A stretch of 32,574 nt of DNA. Source: Minisyncoccota bacterium. GTDB taxonomy: Bacteria > Patescibacteriota > Minisyncoccia > Phycocordibacterales > UBA2100. The notes under the pieces are model-generated. The model worked only from the letters and a program-made list of their open reading frames with translations. It was not told the DNA's origin and ran no database searches. A program made the position numbers and the translations under genes. Every line of letters starts with the position of its first letter. Within the stretch, counting starts at the first letter, position 1. The stretch is taken from the NCBI GenBank assembly GCA_022842645.1, contig JALHPE010000005.1, positions 1-32,574 of the forward strand, given 5' to 3'. Positions 30,761 to 32,574 of the stretch are shown piece by piece.

Positions 30761-32017
30761 CTAGCCGAGTGACGAAAACAAATGTTCTGCAATACGATCG
30801 GCGCTTGTGGTGAGTTCGTGGCCGGTGGCGAGGTTTTTTACGGTGTACTGTCCTGAGTCGCGTTCCTTTTCACCGAGCGCGATGATAAATGGCACTTTGA
30901 GCTTGTCGGCTTGGCGGATTTGATCGCCGAGTTTCTTGCTCGAAATGTTGACTGCGACCGCAACGTCTTCACGGCGCAAATCTGTTGCAAGTTTTTGTGC
31001 GTGAGCCATTGCGCTCTGGTCTATCACGCAGAGCATGAGCTCTGTTCCTGGCACATAGGCGGGCAATAGATTGTGCGTTTCAAGGAAATCGCGCGTGGTA
31101 ACGTCGCCCATACCAAAGCCGACGGCTGGGATTGGTTCGTGACCAAAAAGTGTCATGAGATTGTCGTAGCGACCACCGCCAAAAAGCGATCGGGAGTTTT
31201 CGCCCGAGGTGTCGAACACTTCAAAAACAACCCCGGTGTAGTAATCGAAGCCGCGCGTTATTTTGGTGTCGACGATCATGTTGCCGACGCCGCGGGCAAG
31301 GAGAAGTGAGCGGAGTTCTTCAAGATAGGCGGTGGAAGTGGTGCGGTCGATGCGGTCGATCAGAACTGCTGCATCTTGCCCAATCACCGACTCGAGTTTT
31401 TCTGCGAAGTCTTCGATTTTGGCACGGCGGTCGAGGATACGTGTCGCTTCAGCGCGTTTTTCAGGAGGGATGCCAAGCTCTTCAAACATGCTCTCAAGAA
31501 GGCGGCGGTCAGAGACGCGGATTTCAAAGCTGCGTTCGTCAGCACCGAGTGACCGAAGGATAGTATGTGCAAGGGCGATGATTTCTGCATCGGCTTCTAT
31601 CGATGCGGAGCCGAGAATGTCGGCGTTGAGCTGCCAGAATTCGCGGATGCGGCCTTTTTGCGGTCGCTCATAGCGGAAGAAGTTGCCAATTGAAAAGAGG
31701 CGAGCGGGCATCGGGATCTCGCGGCTTTTCGCGGCGACCATGCGCGCGAGTGTGGGTGTCATTTCGGGACGAAGCGTCACTTCGCGGTCGCCTCTATCGG
31801 TGAAGGTGTAGGTTTGTTCGTTCACGATCTCTTCAGATGTTTTTGATCGATAGAGTTCGGCATGCTCGAGGATGGAGGCGTTGTATTCCTCGTAGCCAAA
31901 GAGTTCGCACCCATGGCGCATCTGCTCGAAGATATAATCTTGCACGAACTGGTCCTGCGGGTAGAAATCGCGTACGCCTTTGTAGGGGTCTGTTGGTAGC
32001 TTGTGATCTTTACTCAT
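30761..32017 (-). CDS. hisS: histidine--tRNA ligase
   Basis: KGVRDFYPQD, TLRPEMTPTLARM, FFRYERPQKGRIREFWQ and GGGRYDNL are class II HisRS motifs. ATG 32017 is preferred. Confidence 0.95.
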   Translation of the reverse strand: MSKDHKLPTDPYKGVRDFYPQDQFVQDYIFEQMRHGCELFGYEEYNASILEHAELYRSKTSEEIVNEQTYTFTDRGDREVTLRPEMTPTLARMVAAKSREIPMPARLFSIGNFFRYERPQKGRIREFWQLNADILGSASIEADAEIIALAHTILRSLGADERSFEIRVSDRRLLESMFEELGIPPEKRAEATRILDRRAKIEDFAEKLESVIGQDAAVLIDRIDRTTSTAYLEELRSLLLARGVGNMIVDTKITRGFDYYTGVVFEVFDTSGENSRSLFGGGRYDNLMTLFGHEPIPAVGFGMGDVTTRDFLETHNLLPAYVPGTELMLCVIDQSAMAHAQKLATDLRREDVAVAVNISSKKLGDQIRQADKLKVPFIIALGEKERDSGQYTVKNLATGHELTTSADRIAEHLFSSLG

Positions 32018-32023
32018 GGTCGT

Positions 32024-32136
32024 AAGTATCAAGTATCAGGTAACAAGTATCAAGCAAGTTATAAAGTAGCAAGGATCAAGTTTTTTACTTTTGCATTGAA
32101 ACTTGTTTGTTACTTGATACTTCGGATTTGATACTT
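32024..32136. repeat. cluster of 10-mer AAGTATCAAG repeats (4 direct, 2 inverted)
   Basis: Direct copies at 32024-32033, 32031-40 (AAGTATCAGG), 32045-32054 and 32071-32080 (AAGGATCAAG). Inverted copies CTTGATACTT at 32113-32122 and TTTGATACTT at 32127-32136. Confidence 0.6.
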
Positions 32137-32574
32137 CAAGTAGTGGGAAGCTCCACGATGAAAGTCGATCCCACACCAGAGCCTTGTGACTCTGCGCGGA
32201 TAGTGCCGCTGTGTGCTTCGACGATTTGTTTTGCTATTGAGAGACCGAAGCCTGTAGAATCAGGGTTTATTTCTTTTGAATGAGTACCATGGCCGCCTTC
32301 GGTGAAGAGTTTAGGCATGTCTTCGGGTGAGATACCGACGCCGGTGTCGATGATGGTAAAGCGAATGACGTTATCTGATTTGGTGAGTTCCATATGGATG
32401 CTACCGCTTGGTGTGTAGCGAATTGAGTTCTCGATGAGGTTGCGAAAGACTTGGTCGCGGAGCTTCGCTTCATCGCCCGTGAATGTGTAATTGCCCTCGT
32501 TTGCGAAGAGATCGTAAGAAAGGCCTTTTCGGCGCGGGGGCGCTGGGGGGGCGCGCGCCGCGTGGGGCCGGTTT
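32136..32574 (-). CDS. sensor histidine kinase, C-terminal HATPase_c domain (partial, continues beyond window end)
   Basis: DEAKLRDQVFRNLIENSIRYTP (N box), IIDTGVGISPEDMPKLF (G1 box) and TGFGLSIAKQIVEAHSG (G2 box) are present. The frame is open upstream of the track's Met at 32393 to the window edge. Confidence 0.85.
   Translation of the reverse strand, partial: NRPHAARAPPAPPRRKGLSYDLFANEGNYTFTGDEAKLRDQVFRNLIENSIRYTPSGSIHMELTKSDNVIRFTIIDTGVGISPEDMPKLFTEGGHGTHSKEINPDSTGFGLSIAKQIVEAHSGTIRAESQGSGVGSTFIVELPTT

Noticed and set aside
1-32574. Alternative genetic code (UGA or UAG recoding), as occurs in some candidate phyla.
   Set aside because: All conserved genes (rpoB, rpoC, dnaG, hisS, smc and others) are full-length and uninterrupted under the standard code, and they end where orthologues end.

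Overview
This 32.6-kb window is densely coding on both strands and is mostly a housekeeping backbone. In order it carries: dnaE (5' part, minus strand, runs off the left edge), rnhB, rpmF, a nusB-Nudix fusion, rnc, an unusually short smc, rpsP-KH-trmD, rpoB-rpoC, dnaG-rpoD, a CPA1 Na+/H+ antiporter, a DsbA-like oxidoreductase, a DEDD exonuclease next to hisS, and the C-terminal part of a histidine kinase (runs off the right edge). Several operon partners are absent: rplKAJL before rpoB, rimM and rplS around trmD, and rpsU before dnaG. RpoB and SMC are short, NusB is fused, and ribosomal and sigma proteins carry low-complexity tails. Together these suggest a reduced-genome uncultivated bacterium, possibly CPR/Patescibacteria-like; this is inference only. 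I recognised no rRNA, tRNA, CRISPR array, transposase or integrase. Small blocks without recognisable function sit between the core genes. (1) 3777-6482 holds three hypothetical proteins, one with a J-domain-like HPD motif. (2) 8815-9015 is an orphan Flp-type pilin. (3) 10672-10851 is a 59-codon ORF with its own promoter and terminator, and it is missing from the ORF track. (4) 17958-18144 holds two long perfect inverted repeats after rpoC. (5) 18221-18703 is a degenerate Nudix paralog. (6) 22135-23393 holds an AT-rich gene for a membrane-anchored protein, plus DUF1905 behind a structured leader containing uORFs. (7) 25673-28875 is an islet cut into units by terminators. It encodes two paralogous beta-carbonic-anhydrase-like Cys/His-motif proteins and three small proteins, and a RecB-type PD-(D/E)xK nuclease is transcribed divergently from it. 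This islet is my best candidate for an undescribed system. Many core genes have a -10 box 6-8 nt upstream of the start codon (leaderless geometry), whereas the small hypothetical genes use strong Shine-Dalgarno (SD) sites. All calls come from reading the sequence and the translations. No database search was possible.
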